This document shows, piece by piece, positions 54,661-64,000 of a stretch of 64,000 nt of DNA. The notes under the pieces are model-generated. The model worked only from the letters and a program-made list of their open reading frames with translations, had not been told where the DNA came from and did not search any database. This stretch comes from Octopus vulgaris. Lineage: Eukaryota. The position numbers were made by a program, and so were the translations under genes. Position 1 is the first letter of the stretch. The number at the start of each line of letters is the position of its first letter. The stretch spans positions 13,454,001 through 13,518,000 of the forward strand of contig OX597830.1 in the NCBI GenBank assembly GCA_951406725.2. The letters run 5' to 3'.

Positions 54661-55863
54661 CAGGCTGCGTTAGATATTTGAGGATAGATTCATGTTTATA
54701 AAAAGAAAAAAGAAACAGATATATAATAACAAATAATAACTTTATCAAAAAATGCTATGAGGATAAAAATAAACCTTCTTTTCAATAATGTTATTCAATA
54801 AAGCCACCTTCGGCTTCAACAACTGCTTCTATATGAGATCTAAATCATCTACATGCTCGAATCAAGTTGTCCTGGTTCATTTTGGACATTACTCTGACTA
54901 TGGCAGCTTTCAAAGAATCTTTGATGTTGTGGATGTGTTCATTGACCTCTCCCACAACAATGCTCCACATGTCATAATCCAATGGATTGAAATCTGGAGA
55001 ATTAGGAGGCCAAATGTTAGGGATTATGCGTGATAGTGCAGAGTCTTACAGAAACACATATGACCTTCCATTGCATACACTGTCTCTCTAAGGCTTAACA
55101 ATTACTTTCAGGATTTCAATATAGGCGGCTGAGTTAACTCTCAGGCCTTGTGGAAAGAAGTAAGGAGTCATCACATGTCCTTCATTGCTGACAACCCCTA
55201 AAACCATGACAGTTGGAGGAAATTTTGTATGCGTAACACTTGGAACTTCAGAAGGGTCTGCACATAACCATCTGTCATTTCTTCTGTTAACTCTTTGATT
55301 TTGGTCGAAGTTTCCCTCGTTTGAGAAAAACCAAATCAAATCTGCTGGACTTTTCAGTTTGTTTAAGAGTCTTTTAGATCTGATGTGGTTTTTCTTTTGC
55401 TTTTTCTGACAAACTGACCTTTCCTCATCATATAAGACTTATATCTGATGTCTTCGTGGACAACATTTCTGACTGTTCCTTCTGACTCATGGAGATCTTT
55501 TGCAGTTGACCTCATGGACTTTCTGGGATTGTAATCAATGGTCTGTTGAACTTGCTGGATAAATTCAGGTGTTCTGATGATTTTAGAGTGTTTAGAATGC
55601 TTTTTATGCTTTGATACTGATGATACGTTTCCATCATCATTCTCAAACTCCTTACAAACGTAGACGAAAGATCTGGCAACTTTTAAAAATTTCTAAATCG
55701 CTATGCTCAGCCTTTATAACCACAATAACAGCATGCTTCTTCATTTCTTGTGTAAGCTGAGGGTCTGCCATTATTATTTTCTGAAGTAAAGATTACACAG
55801 AATTAACAAAAACTGCAGCAATGACCTAAAAAAGATATGCACTCAATTACCTTGCCCACCCTG
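54661..55863 (-). mobile_element. Decayed Tc1/mariner (maT/DD37D-like) transposon
   Basis: Minus-strand FSNEGNF..NRRNDRW, VMVLGVVS and WPPNSPDFNPLDY motifs. Degenerate TIRs CAGGCTGCG / CCCACCCTG flanked by TA. Confidence 0.8.
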
Positions 55864-55959
55864 TATATATACATATATATATATATGCGTGTGTGTGTGT
55901 GTGTGTATGTGTATGTGTGTGTGTGTGTGTGTGTGTGCGTGTATGTGTGTGTGTATGTG

Positions 55960-56219
55960 CGTTTCTGTCTGTGCTGGTTACCACTTGACAACCGGTGTTA
56001 GTTTGCTTACGTCCCCCGATAGAATAAGACCCAGACTTACAAAAAACAAAAAAAATAAGACAAAATATAAAAGTGTACTGTGGTTGATTCATTCGACTAA
56101 ATTTCTTCAAAGGCAGTGCTCCAGCATGGTCGCAGTCTAGTGACTGAAACACGTAAAATAACATATATATATATATATAATATATATATATGTATGTATA
56201 TATATATATATATATATAT

Positions 56220-56281
<62 letters not shown>

Positions 56282-56307
56282 TTATTGTAATATATATATA
56301 TATATAC

Positions 56308-56352
<45 letters not shown>

Positions 56353-57152
56353 CTGTGTGTGTGTGTATATATATATTTCTTTTATATATCTTTCTATTAT
56401 CTTTTACTTATGTTAGTCATTAGACTGCGGTCATGCTGGGGCACCGCCTTGTAGAATTTTTAGTCGAATGTATCGACCCCAGGACTTAATTTTATAAGAC
56501 TGATACTTATTCTATCGGCTCTTTTCCCGAACCGCTAAGTTGCAGGGACGTAAACACACTAGCACCGGTTGTCAAGCGGTGGTGAGTGGGTGGTGGGACG
56601 AATACAGACACAAACACATACATATATATATACACATATATATATATACGATGGGCTTCTTTCAGTTTCCATCTACCAAATCCACTCACAAGACACTTGT
56701 CCAAGACGTAGTGCGAACCCGAAACAATGTGCTTGGTAAGCAACCATCTTACCACACAGCCACGTTTGCGCATACAAACACACGTGCGCGCGAACACACA
56801 CACACATTCTTTTATTTTTTTACTTGTTTCAGCACCACTTTTAGTCGAACAAATCAACCTCAGGACTTATTCTTTGTAAGCCTAGTACTTATTTGCCGGA
56901 CCGCTAAGTGACGGGGACGTAAACACACCAACATCAGTTGTCTAGCGATGGTGACAAACACACACAAATAACAAACACACGCATACATATATGCATATAT
57001 ATATACGACGGGCTTCTTTCAGTTTCCGTTTATCAAATCCACTCACAAGTCTTTGGTCGGCCCGAGAAGACATTTGTCCAAAGTGGCACGCAGTGGGACT
57101 GAACCCGGAACCATGTGGCTGGAAAGCAAGCTTCTTACCACACAGCCACTCC
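55960..57152. mobile_element. Cluster of three SINE family B copies (+ 55960-56160; - 56401-56762; - 56815-57152)
   Basis: Family B tail and head motifs in each copy. Confidence 0.8.
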
Positions 57153-57159
57153 TGCGCCT

Positions 57160-57390
57160 CGGCGAGCTGGCAGACACGTTAGCGCGCCGGGCGAAATGCG
57201 TAGCCGTATTTCGTCTGCCGTTACATTCTGAGTTCAAATTCCGCCGTGGTCGACTTTGCATTTCATCCTTTCGGGGTCGATAAATAAAGTACCAGTTTCG
57301 CACTGGGGGTCGATGTAATCGACTTAATCCCTTCGTCTGTCCTTGTTTGTCCCCTCTGTGTTTAGCCCCTTGTGGATAGAAAAGAAAAAA
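57160..57390 (+). mobile_element. SINE family A, tail A, uninterrupted reference copy
   Basis: A-box-like TGGCAGACACG, B box GAGTTCAAATTCC, single copy of CGTATTTCGTCTG, core and tail. Confidence 0.9.
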
Positions 57391-57989
57391 AAATATATAT
57401 ATAATCTCGCCTATTTTTTTATCTCTTATACTTGTTCCAATCATCAGGCTGCCGCCCTGCTGGGGTACCGGTCTCGAGGAAATTTTAGGGGACACTGATA
57501 TAATGAATGATTCTGTGTATATTGGTGTTATTTATTCTGTCGAACTAGAAGTGGTGCAAAGGGCGATTTGAAGTTGCTGCAATTTGAACTCACGACGTTG
57601 AGCGACTCAGCTTACCATGAGACAACATTTTGCATATAACCACAGAGGAACTCACGCACACGTATATATATACAGACACGCACACACACGCACACACACG
57701 CATGCTCGACTACATACTTTACAATATGCACAAATTTAGGTGTACGCGCATGCGTGCGTATGTATGCGTGTGTATGTGTGAGCGTGCGTGGGTGTGTGCG
57801 AGTGTGTGTTGAGTTTTCGGTAAATATGATGCAGTGTGTGTGTTGTATTTATAACAGATTTCCACTATAAACACTTTACACGAGATGTCGCGTCGCCACG
57901 CTCTCATCGCTTTCATTTCTTTTATCTCCACACGGCTTTTGTCTCCTTTGTCTTTTTACATCTCTATCGCTCCTTCAGTTTTCCTTTCC

Positions 57990-58906
<917 letters not shown>

Positions 58907-59059
58907 GTGTGTGTGTATTTATCCGTGTATGTATGTATGTGTGAATGCATTTCACTCAGTCCCTTTGTTGCCGATATTTCGCGTTCCTTCCCTGATTTTC
59001 ATTACACACACGCACGCTCACGCACACACACACACACACACGTACGCACACGCACATAA

Positions 59060-64000
<4,941 letters not shown>

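Overview
AT-rich eukaryotic intergenic or intronic DNA saturated with microsatellites. The repeat families resemble those of octopus genomes (organism inferred, not proven). No host protein-coding gene can be supported; nearly all listed ORFs are translations of simple repeats. The main feature is a near-intact 5.4-kb Tx1/L1-type LINE (26980-32348) inserted, with a 13-bp target-site duplication (TSD), inside a tRNA-derived SINE. That SINE's 3' tail matches the LINE's own 3' end, and the same internal SINE position is hit twice more by SINE copies in this window, suggesting a LINE/SINE pair that preferentially inserts into the SINE itself. Hammerhead-ribozyme motifs recur: a 583-bp tandem retrozyme-like unit with two canonical copies, several minimal dimer-type motifs, and a tRNA-headed element with a hammerhead-bearing tail. 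Also present: a complete TRIM-type mini-LTR element, two 8-bp-TSD MITEs carrying telomeric repeats, decayed R4/Dong, HERO-like, Penelope and Tc1/mariner fragments, and three SINE families. All alignments and folds were done by eye; boundaries of decayed repeats are approximate.
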